A DNA stretch of 64,000 nt, from the NCBI GenBank assembly GCA_964035545.1, contig OZ037765.1:25171504-25235503 (forward strand), given 5' to 3'. The translations under genes and the position numbers were made by a program. The notes below the pieces were generated by a model that worked only from the letters and a program-made list of their open reading frames with translations, did not search any database and was not told where the DNA came from. Positions within the stretch are counted from its first letter, which is position 1, and every line of letters starts with the position of its first letter. This document shows, one piece after another, positions 35,785 through 50,200 of the stretch. This stretch comes from Bugula neritina (Eukaryota > Animalia > Bryozoa).

Positions 35785-38700
35785 GACAATAGAAGGTGTA
35801 TTATAAAGTTATCTGCAACAAAATAATGCACTAATCAAAGGCATCCAAAATCAAATGGGAAAATCTGCAACTACAAGCTTACGATTTTGTAAAGGAAGAA
35901 AAAATTACCTCCTTTATCTCATTGACAACACCCACCCTTAAATCAATAGCAGTAGACACTAAGAGAACTTGAAGGGTTATGTACTAGTATTGAAGATTGA
36001 ATTATAGCAATATCTTATCTAAATCACATAACATTTTGATAGCATATATTTATTTTACCTATCTCCTTATTTTTTATCAAGATAATTGCGCTTAAAAATT
36101 TTAAATCTAGTTAATTGGAAAAGTGATTAAAGGTTGAAATTGAAAAAAGGATCAAATTTTTGTATTACTAAATTTTTTAATAACATTAAAATAATATTTT
36201 GAGCTACCAGCTTTATAATATTTTATATAATTGATAAGTTAAATTGACTCAAAAATTATTGTTTGAAAGAAAATTTTTAAAATATATAACTTTAAAACAA
36301 GTAGTACAACATAAAGTCATCTAAATATTAAGATTTCCAAACTTAGAAGCTTTATTGCCTAAATCATGTTATACCTTTTAGTTAGCATGCTGGATATAAA
36401 GATATAAAATCAAAAGGTTATGTGTGTTATAATTATTAAGCAGGAAATTCAATAGTCAATGAGTAAATTTACTGTCATTTAATAATAGTCCTTTTTAGTT
36501 GTATACTACACCTGCTACTGTATAAACAATAGTTATAGCCATAGTAAAACCATTAATTATGCACAAAATACATGCAAAAATGCTAAAACTATTTCAACAG
36601 TGACTAAATGGTAACTTAAAATTTTTAAACAGCATGTATTTTAAAACATAAACTATAGGAAAAGCAAAACAAATATTAATATACCTGAACTCACTATAAT
36701 TATATTTACAGTACAATTGTGGTTATATACAACATTTTTTATCCTATTAAAATTTGTAACTACAATTAAAGTAATAAAAACCATGCTGATAGTTATGCTG
36801 CAACTGAGTATAAAAATTTTTTTTATTCAGAGTGACACTTAAAACTAAAAGTTAAGTTTTATATATAATAATAAATATGTATAATAGTAATACTATTAGT
36901 ACATTTATTTGTACTAAATACTCATTCATATTGACTCTTGCAAAAGTAGTCTTAGTCTGGAAGTAAAAACGTGAGCACATCATAACTATAATAACTTCTA
37001 CATACAGTTTAAGTTTTAGCTCATGTTTAACACAAGTGCAAAATTAAATAAACACTTGCAACTATCAGTATCACTATGTTAATATTTTAACGGCTAGCAC
37101 ATAAACTAAAACTATAATTATAATATTAATTAGAAACTAAAAGTAAAAGTTGATTTGAAAATTAGCAAAACTTAAAATAACAAAAATTAAATTATAAAGT
37201 ATTGATAATTTAAAGACTTTATAACTTGATTTAGTAAATTTATAAAAATTATTTTTAATCAAAATTCAGGAGTTGCAGTTGTACGGTAATGTAGCTCAAG
37301 CTGTGTTGTCGGTCTCGAAAATATGCAGCCACTTTATAATGCTTCGCTACCAAATAATAAATTTGTAAAAGAACAGCTTTTATTTTTGAGTGAGCAGCGT
37401 TGAAGCTAAACTATTTAATGTCGTAAGTTCAATTGTTGAACACAAAGATGCTCACCAACTGCTGCTTCATGTATCAAGGCACTTTACATTCAATAATAAC
37501 AATGATCTCCGCGTAGTAAAAATGTTCAATATGTTAAATAATTCAGTTTGCTAAAATTGTATTGCAATGCATTTTAACTTTTTATTTATTTAAATTAACT
37601 TTTATATTTAAATTATATTATTGAGCAATGCTACTAGGCGTTGAATTATTGAAATATTTTTGAAAATATATTCATACATTAAAACCTGAATCAAGTAGAA
37701 AGTGGGTGCGGTTATAGTCTAAAGTAAAATAGTTTAGTCCGAGATTATTGTTGTAGAGTCGTATTTATCTTAAGAGTTATCAGCTTTAATTTAATTAAAA
37801 TTAGATGATACAACTCCAAATAAAATAACCAACCTAGCATAAAGGAAATATCATTTTATTAATTTTTATGGTAAAAATTAGAACTCCAAATATAAAATGC
37901 CAAATACTTTATATTATGATGTTATCACTTATCAGCAATCAAAGTTAAAGGCATGCAGTATCCTTACCAAGTTTTCTTGAGGCTCCCTAAACTCAACAGT
38001 ACCCCCAACCATAATGACCCATTGCATACATGTGAAGTTGTTATTTCATAAGTTTCCATTCTTTCACCATTGAAAAAAGTCAAAACACACAAGTCAGTAT
38101 AGTCATTGTTTATTCAAAATGTTTTATCAATGAAAATAGCTATAATATGTGACTCTTTTGTTTAATTTTCTTAGATTCATGTGCGAATACTATTTTTATG
38201 ATTCATTTCTAGAAGATAAACTATTTTTAACAAATTGGTATTAATATGACACATATTTTTGTGCAGAATGAACACTCAAGCTTGTCATTTATGTTCTATT
38301 TTTAAAATTGGCAGTATGTTCCTTATCTTTTTCTAGTGAATTTTATGATAGAAATGTTCAAAGTTACAGCCTGAAAGTAGAGACCAAAATAAAAAGATTC
38401 AATTGTGATAGAAGATAGGCACTCCACTGTTTCTTTCTGACATAAAACTTTATGAGAATAAGAAACCTGAAAGTTAGTGTTAATATTTTTAGGGAATCTT
38501 AACCATTTTCTACAGATATTGGTTATTGGATATTATTATTGTTATTATATTTTTACTAATGTGTTATATTACCATAATTTATAATATTTATTCTTCAGCA
38601 TATACCTAGTGCTGTATGCATACACATATTGCATTATTAGTTGATCCTATAAGATATGTACAGTTACTGTATATATATTATAATCATATAGATCTACAAT

Positions 38701-39127
38701 TAATTTGTAATTGAAATTGCTATACCATATTATATGATTGGCATACATGACAACAATGTAATGTGCTAACTCACTGTTTTAGAGCTATATGCTACATAGA
38801 CTATATTAAAGGTTGTATATGTTAAAATAAGTTTATAATTCACAGAAAATGAAATTTATCTGCAACAGTATTTTTATGTCGCTGGTGTACTGTTTTTGCT
38901 AAATTAAGTAATTGCGCGTGTATGTCACCATGTTTGATCGTGGTGGTAACCGAGTATAATAATTCCAATAATGGTATACGGAAATCGAGTTGTGAGCCAT
39001 TTATTGAATGATTATTGCTTCAGTTATATGATTGCATAATGTAGGTTATATTATATACAATATATGTATAATAATAATATATAGCCTATTGCATATAATA
39101 TTCATATATTTTATATTCTTCCTGAAT

Positions 39128-39814
39128 CACGGGCTTTCCATGGATCGATCTCGCTCAGATCGATCGTTTTTCCAGAAAAGTGTCAGATCGATCTCGCGGA
39201 GTTGCCTCCTCTCAAGTGAAGGGTACTTTAATAGTATAATTTGTTCATCCATCTGAGTGATTAAAGCTATTGCAGTTGAAAAACAAAATTTTCATGGTCT
39301 AAAATTTAACGCCAGCTATAAACTTTACGCAGCAAAGCTTTTAGTGTGAAGTAATTTAGCCAACTTAAGATAATTAATTTTAATTTTTTAACTTGTCAGC
39401 TTATATAAAATTAATAGCTGTCTTGCAGATTATTCATAAACTTACAGGATTGTTAGGCTTGAAATTATGCAGCAAATAGCTAATGAAAGTAAATTTTACT
39501 AGCCATTTAAATTTAATTTAAACGCTCCCTATTTTTGTACCTTCTAACGCCTATAATTTTATATAATTGAGTTTTTTTAATCATAGTACTGAAAGTCAAA
39601 GTTTTGACATCTGAAAATGTGGCTATCATAATTATTAAGTAATTTGCTTAGTAATTAACAATAAGTTATCATTTTTATTAGCCTTTTTATCGAACATTTT
39701 AGGGAACAGTCTTTTTCTACTTCTCAGATCGATCTGGCGTCTTTCCATTGCCTTGAAATAGATCTGAGTTCGAGCTCTACAGACCGACGGAGATAGATCT
39801 TTGGAAAGCCGGCG
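39128..39814 (+). mobile_element. Non-autonomous TIR DNA transposon, family A copy 2 (~690 bp)
   Basis: Starts cacgggctttccatg, ends ggaaagccgg; internal sequence colinear with 4738-5518, with deletions in both subterminal AGATCGATCT arrays. Confidence 0.9.
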
Positions 39815-41231
39815 TATATGGGCCATGTAATCCATACGTAAATAATGGAGGTATTTCTAAAATGCACAAGTAATTTAAAAATGCGTTATAAAGTTTATTA
39901 ACATTTGAATAAAATGTAAAATGCAACTTTTGCTTGGAAAATATAACAATGCATGCCAAAAATCACAATGGTTATGTACAATTAAGTGCTATTTTGTCAG
40001 GCACGCAGCTATACCAAACATACAATGTCAGCTAGTATTTACAGAGATATGAAAATAAATGATCTTTGTAGAAATTACAAGATATGCAACTAGCCAGTGC
40101 TTATAACAAATCAAACTAAAATAAAATAAGTACACTTTTGCCAGTGCAAAGACAGTAGCAAGAGCAAATAACTAACAAAATTAAGTTTGGTTCCCATTAA
40201 CAACCATAATACAAATATAAAAAATAGTCATAGCTTAATTCCATATTTGAATAGCAAAATTGTGATACAGATAAATTTGAGTAAACTTTCACAAAAATAT
40301 TATGTGTTTATCTTTATGTGAATGAAAGCAGTTACATTGAGCAAATATGTAGCCAGTTGCCTAACACAGAAATTGACCACAATGCCTGGATCCAATGACA
40401 ATTTAAAAACATGTTCATTTCAGTACATAGACCAACAACCTAACAATTTAGGTTCATGAAAAGTAACAGTAAAGAATAACAAAATGAAATCTAGTATCAG
40501 AGGTAGATAATATAGATAATATAAGAGCAAGCTACAGAAAAATAATAAGCATTATTAGTTCCATTGTTTCCAAGTTATAAAAATATATAGGCAACACCTT
40601 GCGAATAAATTGAGGAAAAAATATATGCTGTATGTACGTGTATGTAGCTCCACAGCATATATGTAGGTATGTTATAAGATGATTAAATACTCATATGTAG
40701 TAGAAATATTTTACATGTAGGTAGTTTACAAAGGGAGTAAACTATGTAGTGCCTGGCAGATAACAACTCCTTATCTCGGAGTATAAGCTGATGGAACTCC
40801 TGGCTTTATATGGTGATGTAACTTGTGTAGGCGGTGGCATCAGTGTAAGCCACAGTCTGCTCTAGAAAGTCCCTTCACTGCGCTCATTGGATAATTAGTA
40901 GCCACAAACAGCGTCAGAGTTGTGTCATCTTGCTATACAAGTGGCTGCCAGTCTTTGCCAAGCAGTATATAGAAGCTACAGTCTCAGTATCACAGAGAGC
41001 TGGGTTATGATATGCTAGAAGCATTCACGTTCAACTAAATGATGCATAGATTTAGGAGTAGGGGCTGTTGTTGACGCGCTTCAAATATGTCAACTTACAG
41101 CCAAAGATTGTTGTGGCATATATTATACCTGAGACCATTGGCAGGCATGTATACCAACACCTGTGTGTAGGTAAGTTAGTAGTATTCCCACCCACAGTGT
41201 TGAGTAAAGATTTTTCTTCTCTCTGCTGAAA

Positions 41232-44200
41232 TTAATGCACTTGGCAGTTCCTCTGATTGAGCATGGTGTAGACATCTCGTTCAGTGCTAAGTTTTTCTAG
41301 ATAAGGAATCATATCTCTCAGTTCAGAGTCACTCATATCATCAAACCAAGAGGTGACGGCCACCTACAGTTTAAAGTAATGTTATTAAAGTCTACATGTT
41401 GCACTATGCCATGTTGAACACTCATTCTAATAATGTATTCAAGCAGCTGTGTGTGTAGCACATCTCTGTGCCAACAATATGTCTATTATCAAATTCAAAT
41501 TCAAAAATTTGATTTATTTGCTCAACTAAAAGCTGGAAATGCAGAACAAGAAAGTAAAAGCCTTGTCATACGAGCCCACTAAAACACTGCAGAAACTTCA
41601 GCAAAATACTAGAATGGATATTGTAGGAAAATTAGCCTGTAGATAGAAGAGCCAGGTTAACAGTGAGAGCCCAATTTACTAGTGATAAGTATATATACAT
41701 ATAATAGGTATAATTATATCTAATATGTAGGCATTAAGCTCTTATAGACCCATCACACAGGTGAGTGTCTAATCAGTTACGTAACCAAATATTTCAACAT
41801 TAAGATAAAATATGGCAGCCTTTACTTGAGTGTGCAGGATTAAATCTAACTATCCATGAGCTATCAGTTATGCCGACATGCATTAGTGAAAACCCATGAA
41901 ACTAGTTTTTGGTTAGAAAAGATTTATAACCTGAATAGCCAAGTTGGCAGAAGAGCTACACTTTCCTTACCTACCTACCTACCCACCCACCCACCTACCT
42001 ACCTACCTACTTTTTCACCTACCTACCTACCCACCCACCTATATATCTACCTACCTGCCTAACTACCTACATACCTACCTACCTACTTACGCACATACCT
42101 GACTGTCTGTCTACCTAACTATAACCTTTGATTACAGGAGATTAGTTTTTGCTAATGCAGGAAATGTGGTGGACAAGAAACACAATATAATAAAGGAAAC
42201 AAGTGGATAGCAAATTGTAAAGTTATTTATCACTTCCTTACGGATAGCACTTGAGAAACCAGTTATGCTAACTTCTCTCATAACTGGTTTCAGATGTTGA
42301 AAAGCTCCTTTGTACATACAAAAAACTATGCATTGGACAATCTATAAAAATTGCACTGGCAAGATGTTCCATGAACCTGACCTTGTCAGTTGGGAAAGCT
42401 TTTCTACCCCCTTTCTTTACCTAGAGATTTCTGAGAACTAGGCTATGTTTGAACTATACAAATTAGATTTGTTCAACTATAAGCAACTCAAGCAATAAAC
42501 AACATGACTTGGCCATCAAAATCTTCTCGAGGAGCCAAGAACAATCATTTACAATGGTGGAACATGAGACATGGGATCATAGTTACATTTACAAACACTC
42601 TGACAAAAGCAAATACTAGTAAAGGTAGTAAACCACCAGCCAAATATTGTTAGCTGTAAAGTATAAGTCAACTTTTATCTGGGAAAATTAATTTCGAAAT
42701 ATCTAGTTGTTTTCATGATAAACAATAGAAACTCACTAGAATACAAAATATAGCCAAAATAACAAGACCTGTGAAACCAGGCCTATAGCTGATAGAGGCA
42801 ACTGAAACTCTGTCTGACCCACACAGATATTGGAATATATCTTTGAATTAAATAATAAGATGTTGAACTCTACATGAGACCCTCCATAGGAGGAAATGCA
42901 GAGCACACTTTAAACCAATCCTCCCCCTTCCCTTCATTAAAGATTATATAATACAGACATCTTTAAAGTAGCATTATATAAAGTGAGTTACACTTACAGC
43001 GTTATCTGGGTGGAACAGGTAGGAAGCAGGTGAATTGTCCACAATCAATATCTGTGATAAGTCCCGGCCCAGCTTACTCAAGTCCTGTTTAAAGAAGACA
43101 TACAAAGTACGCTTTAAATATAATTATTGGTGATGGTTAACAACTTATAGTTACTATTATACAGCAAGAAATTACAACTTACTTCAATTCATAAATACAG
43201 CTAATTAAAAGCTGATAACAACTAGTCCATATTTAGAAACAAGTAATTGTAAGTCAAACTCACTATTACAACAGCAACAGTTAAACCATAGGCAAAGAGT
43301 AATTCCTAAATTAAAACATAATTGATGCAAATTCATTCAGAAAAGACAATCAAACTATAGAAGTTTTTCAGATTTATTCAGTTTGAATGAAAGTTTTCTG
43401 AGAATGTTTCAAATACTAAGAGCTTGGATGACCTATAACACAGTTACAGTAAATCCTGCAGCGCTGCAAATAGCAACTGTTACTTGAAGCTAGCTTTGCA
43501 TTTTGTAATCTGGAACGGCAGTGTTGATAATTTACAGCAAGATAACAGGCTGGCTATACAATCAAGTGCAGCCTGGCAAGCAGGCAAGGTTAAGAGGAGT
43601 CGGTGACCTGTAATTGCATAACATGTGATTCAATACAAAAACAAGTTTATAAGATGAGCTGCAGTCATCCCAAGCAGACACTACGACGAACCTTGACATA
43701 GTTGCCTCTGTGGAACACACAGGACTCTCTGAACAGTCTGGATCTAAACACGCCCCACTTGTCCAGCAAATCAGCTACAGGATCAGCATACTAAAACATA
43801 TAACAAATAATTTCTCAGATAAATAGACAGTCATTATGTCCCAATATTCAGTCTATAGCTGCCCCTTGCCTCAAATACTGTGAATAAAATAGGTGCAGAT
43901 TTACAATCAGATCAGACTACGCATATACTATAACTCAGGGCATCATTATCTAGTTTTGAATTTGACATTCAACGCATTTCTCCAAAAAGCATCTTTCAAA
44001 ATTGATTTCTTGGAAAAGTTGGGAGTGTCAGACATACTATATAAGTGTAACCATTAACTCTGGGTGGTGCTATTTCCATGTATACCCTACATTGTGTTGT
44101 CTGTCACTAGAATTTTTAGAAGACAAATAGAAAGGAGTAACAGTTTAAATGGGCTAGTAGTAAGTTGCTAGTAGGATAAACCTACTACTCTTATTCTACC

Positions 44201-47200
44201 ACATTCACAACATTCCAAGGGATTCTATAGTCAACAGTGTGTACAATGAAAAGAGCAAGGGAAGCAGATATCTAGTATTACCGCTGGGGATATACCAGCA
44301 TACAGCATACCTTTGCAAGACTAGCGGTAAATAGAACACACTCGTAAAGCTCCCCCATTCTTTGCAAATACTCATCTACGTGAGGTCTCTTCAGGACATA
44401 TACCTGGATAACAGGAGAAATGCATCAGTGAACAGAGTGAAAACGGTTTAGTGAACTAGTAATGTGTGTTAGTGTAGTTAGTACTGTGTTAGCGTGGTTA
44501 GTACTGTGTGTTAGTGCAGTTAGTAATGTGTTAGTGTAGTTAGTACTGTTAGTGTAGTTAGTACTGTGTTAGTGTAGTTAGTACTGTGTGTTAGTGTAGT
44601 TAGTACTGTGTTAGTGTAGTTAGTACTGTGTGTTAGTGTAGTTAGTACTGTGTTAGTGTAGTTAGTACTGTGTTAGTGTAGTTAGTACTGTGTGTTAGTG
44701 CAGTTAGTAATGTGTTAGTGTAGTTAGTACTGTTAGTGTAGTTAGTACTGTGTTAGTGTAGTTAGTACTGTGTTAGTGTAGTTAGTACTGTGTTAGTGTA
44801 GTTAGTACTGTGTGTTGGCATTGCCAAGTGGTAACCTACTAGCTATGTTGGCATTTAGTCAATGTGGTGGAATGGGAATTTAGAGCTAAACTCTATAATG
44901 GAGTTAGCATTGGCAAAGCATAACAACTCTGCTGTTTGCCAAAAAATGAACAAAATTAAACTCCATATCAGCCAGCTTGGAACATGGAGACAGACGATTG
45001 ACAAGTTAGATATGTTGAACACAATTCAAGTTATTCCAGAAATCAATAGGCATGTAATCACATGAAGGCAGTGACACTACACACACTGCAAGTAAACCCC
45101 AACTCGGGGTGTAGTACACCAGGGCTGCTAATACACTGAGCTATACTGTATAACAGCTCCACGTAATTCAATTTGTCTAAAGATGTCAACTCAAACTCTT
45201 GCAACTAAGTTAGTAGATGAAGGAATGTTTATTTGGCTTGTAGAAAGTGCTACATGCTATTTTGCACTGCATTCCAACTAGTTAGTGTGAAGAGCGCTAA
45301 GGGGGATACTAAGGGGGTACCCTTACTATGCACTGGACAAGTTTACAAGTATCTAATTATGCTAATGCTGTGGTATCTACTATAATAAGATAGTAACATT
45401 TACCTAGTAATAGTATTTATAGTATTCAGAAAGCAAATTAAGGCACTCCCTGATCTATAAGGTATACTAGCCTAGCATGGATGAAGCATTCCCCAGGGCA
45501 TTAAAGGCAGCGCATGTACACAGTGTTCACATGCTGACTTTAAACCGGAAAGTAAGCTACCAAAGATTCCCGGGACACCGATAGGGTAAAGATAATGCTC
45601 AATACTTACTTGATGCACTGTGCCATCAATTTCCACTGGGACTATGAAATCTGCATTTGAAACTGGCTACAAGATAAAACACATCATAAATTACATTAAA
45701 TAGTTTAATACAATTAAAAACATCCTAACAAATTAGACTTAATACTTGAACACTATGTAAAATATCATATGATACCAGGAACAGTAATAGCACAAGAGCT
45801 CTGCCAAGTAATGAACCGGACCAAGCTAAATTATTCACATAAACTCACAGAGTATCCTATTTAATTGAAGGTATTTTGTATCATCACTTATGATGGCCTG
45901 TATCCGCTTCAACCCCAACTGATTGATAATCTCAACTAATTTTATACTGCAAACCCACTAAGGAGGAACTTTTTCTCCCGAGTAGTGCTGCTTTTATTCC
46001 CCGAAGCAGCAACATCCAACTTCAAACATTGAAATAAGTGGCTATCTTAAAATATCTGCGGGCAAAGTGAATAAAAACCAGAGTTTTGCTGTAGTGCTGG
46101 ACACAAAGTTAAGTTCCAAGTATGAAGGTTCCACATTCCAAGCCTTGCAATTATGAAAGATATATTAAAGTCAATTTGTTTTTAACCACTGAGCATCCAT
46201 AAAATTAGTTTAATTAATGGACAATCATCTTTATAGATATATTATAATATCAACTCACAAGGATATTAACATGTTTTTACCATTATGAACAGCTTAGCAC
46301 ACCCAATACAACCCAACAAAAGACTCCATTGAGAAAAATACAATTCCAATAAAATATGCTAATAGACTAGCTGCACTACCAGTATATTAGCTACTATCAG
46401 TACCAGTGCTTGAAGACACACAGGTGAATCAGACCTGCACTAACTGTCACTATGCTGTCACTACTATGCTGGCAGCCATCTGCCCACACAATACAGTACA
46501 GACAACACAGTACAGACAACACAGTACACACAGCACAGTACACACAGCACAGTACACACAACACAGTACACATAACACAGTACACACAACACAGTACACA
46601 CAACACAGCACACACAGCACAGTACACACAACACAGTATACACAACACAGCACAGTACACACAACACAGCACACACAGCACAGTACACACAACACAGTAC
46701 ACACAACACAGTACACACAGCACAGTACACACAACACAGTACACACAACACAACACAGTACAGACAGCACAGTACACACAACACAGTACGCACAGCACAG
46801 TACACACAACACAGTACAGACAGCACAGTACACACAACACAGTACACACAGCACAGTACACACAACACAGCACAGTACACATATGATGACTTACTTTAAA
46901 GGAGCTGTGTACTAAAGTCTCATCTAAATCTATAACCATACACTTCTTCCCCACGTCAGCCAGCTGTAAACTCGGAAGCAAGTAGTTGTTTTCTGTCCTC
47001 TGTTGTGAAAAGAACTCATAGGTAATTGTCACGGTGAGAATGATAAGTAAGAAAGTAGAGAGTAAAACTTCTTCTAATGTGTATAAATATTGCAAAGGAA
47101 TTATCAACTGGATATAAAAGCTGCTAATGTATTAGAATGCAATGTTATCTTAATACTGAGCTTAGTTTAACAAACTAAACTCTGAATGGGAGATAGAGTA

Positions 47201-50200
47201 CTAGAGACTGGAATACCTTGTAGCTGCTAAACAAGTATTTAAGGCTGGTAGTGAACCAGAGGGCAGTAAAGGAATAGCTGGATGCAGTAACGAGTTTGTT
47301 GCTTACTGAAATCCATAGTTACCGGAGCTGATGGGTAATAAATTACACACCAACATTCCTACTCTCTAATTTTCAGATAATTTTATGAAATTTTTTGCTT
47401 TAATATACTATTTTGTGGTTTCATTTAAACTAAGCCATAAAAGTATGAAAACAACATTATTGAGATGAATGTTTGGGCAGTTTGAATAAATTCCAGGCAG
47501 TATAGAAAGCACAGAACCTACAGACACCCACTGTCCCCATACCTTGTAATTTCTAGTCAATTTAAATAAGGATTTTATAAAGAGTTATTTCTTAGGAAAT
47601 AATTTAGCAAATTTTCTCATTAGAATTTAATTACATTGAGCTATTATTTTATGTTAATTCCAAGTATACCGTAAAGAGATAGTAATCTTTTGGTAACTTT
47701 TTGAACAGTTTCAAAGTAACTACATATTCAACAATAAGCTTTAAAATCAATCTAATTCTAACCTATTTAAGTAAAGATACAAAGGCTATGAAAATAGGAC
47801 ACGATTTTGAAATTTCTGTGAAAAAGGACCTTTTGAAGTAGTATATCTTTCCTGTATTATCTTCATGATATCAGAGAGTTATAAAAAAATAAATGACTTG
47901 TTATGGAAAAAGCTATATCTCTTATATATTGTATTTAATATTAATACTTACACTAGTATCTGACTAGCAAATAGCTGTGTCTAAATATTCAGAGCTATTT
48001 GCTATAATTTAGAAGTTGATGGCCGATAATAAGCAATTTTATCACCAATATCTAACCTGTATATGATTATGATTAGGTTCAAATGGAACATTGCCATTCT
48101 CGCTGGATTTATCTGACGAAATATCCGTAGATGGTGGGGATGTGATGTACGGGTCCTAAGAGAAATATATAAATATATAAAATATGTAAACCAGCACCAT
48201 ATAACAGAGCAGTGAATGCTTGTAAGATAATCTATTAATACAGTTTAACAAAAATTGAAAGCACAGTATAATGGCCGAAAGTTTTGGCCATTATGCACAC
48301 AATAATGAAAACCTAATATTATGCACAAAGTTTTCAACAAAAATGATTTTTTAAAAATCAAAATCGTGAACTTTTCAAACACTGTGTATAGTAGACTACA
48401 CTGGACATATCTAAAGGGAGCTGTTAGCATGAGCACTGCACAACAGTTATGATTGCTTGTACAGCTTGGTCACGTGACAACTTTATCTATTGCAAAACAA
48501 CCCAAAGGGTTTAGATGTGAATAAATATAAACTGTACAGCAGGTCTTCCAAGAACTTGAGCTCGCTGACCAGCAGCCAATAGTAGGTAAATTAGCACTTA
48601 ATATCCTGAAATGATAGAACTATCTATGATGATAATTACCCTCTTGGCACAACATTAGCGCTACTAAATTTAGAAAACTCACACTGTTATATTATATATG
48701 ACTAGTCCACTAATATTACTACTACAAGCAGTAGTGTAGGCAGTAGTACTAGTGGTAATAGTACTAGCAACAGTTGTAGTGGTTGCAGCAATGGTAGTGA
48801 TAGTGGTGATGTTGGTTGTAGTGAAAATGTTGTTAGCAGCAATGGTAGTGGTGGAGATGACAATGACTACTGAATTATTTGTCAAGTACTGTACTGTAAC
48901 TCATGGGTCCTTTTGTGAGTGAAAATCTTTGTGTTATGCCTCATTATAATAACCATGCAGAGGTAGGTATTCTACCTATGATTGTATTATTTCTCAAAAC
49001 GACTGGAAACTAACATGACTACGAAATGTTATAGGTAGGTGGTGTTAAATTTTATAAATGATAAAAACTTAGGCTTTAGACTTTAGAGGTTTGATGACAC
49101 CAAAAAGGCCTTGAACTTACAGTCTGGTCGCTGACTTTCACGCTTTCTCTAGAACTGCTGTTAGATGAAGTGGTCTTTTTGCTGTGAAGTCTGTTGGATT
49201 TACTCCCAAAGCAACAAAACAAATTCCCAAACAAACTTTTTTGATTCTTGACTGCATGAGCTACTTTTTCTAAAATAGAGAAAAAAGAAGTAATAAATAG
49301 ATTAGCATTATTCGATGGTTGAACTAAAAGGTAAGTCAAGTGATGAGGTGTTTTAAGCATGAAATAAAATCAAAATACCAAATTCATTTATATAACAGGG
49401 CGGCTATCCAATGCATATAGCATGTCACAAAGAGCTCTGGGTGGGCAATGGTGAACACAAACTACCCAAAACATTCTTGAAAATATGCCATTGACGAGCA
49501 TACATTTCATATAGTAGAGGAGAAAGGAGGCAGAGACTAAGCGAAACTCTATTTCCACCTCATTAACTTCATCAAAGTCAATGCCAGAATTGGCTGATTG
49601 CTGACTGAAAACAACATTCACTATAGAATATCATTCTGTATTGAATAGCTGGTACGATGAATAACTACAATATATTATTGTAGATTTCAATGTGAAAGGA
49701 AATCAATGATCAGGTGAAATAGAAAGTTGATACCATTGCTTTTACACACTGATGTAGAAATATGAGCCTTGCGAGCAAATTTCTTGGCATTTGGCCAAAA
49801 CTAGTCGAAATACTTATACAAAAACAAGCATAGCTACCAATCTAGCTGTAAGGTTTGTAATAGTTATGTGGCTAACTGCCATCACTACTGCTATTGACTT
49901 AAAAATCAAAGTCACCACCGGGAAGTAGTGACATTACACTTCTTGTTAGAGTACAATACATGTAATCACAAAAATGTCTGTGTTGCCATGAAAAGATTAC
50001 GGGAAAGAAAGTAGTTTTTAATTTTCTGTTGCATCACCCCACAAGAGCAGAAGTAGATGTTTCTCTGCATTAAAACAATAACATGTAAAATATTTCCTGC
50101 CAATCCCTGTATCATATAATAGGTGAATTCCTATCAAATATTCGAGTAATAATCAATATTATACACAAATGTGTAAAGCATGATGCTGATATCAGGCTAG

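Noticed and set aside
37280-37750. Possible old DNA-transposon relics (also ~33420-33680 and ~55470-55720)
   Set aside because: CpG-containing patches with transposon-like words, but no paired TIRs or second copy in the window; needs a repeat-library search.
46397-46894. Cys-rich metallothionein/keratin-associated-like ORFs
   Set aside because: Simple-repeat translation downstream of the CTDSP gtaagt donor at 46894; only 46895-46999 is exon.
43085-46894. miR-26-like hairpin in CTDSP introns (vertebrate CTDSP genes host miR-26)
   Set aside because: Only short matches: ttcaagtaa at ~43480-43488 (-), ttcaagta at ~45743-45750 (-), and ttcaagttattccag at ~45025 on the wrong strand. None has a visible pre-miRNA stem or 3' match. 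Small-RNA data or RNAfold scans would be decisive.
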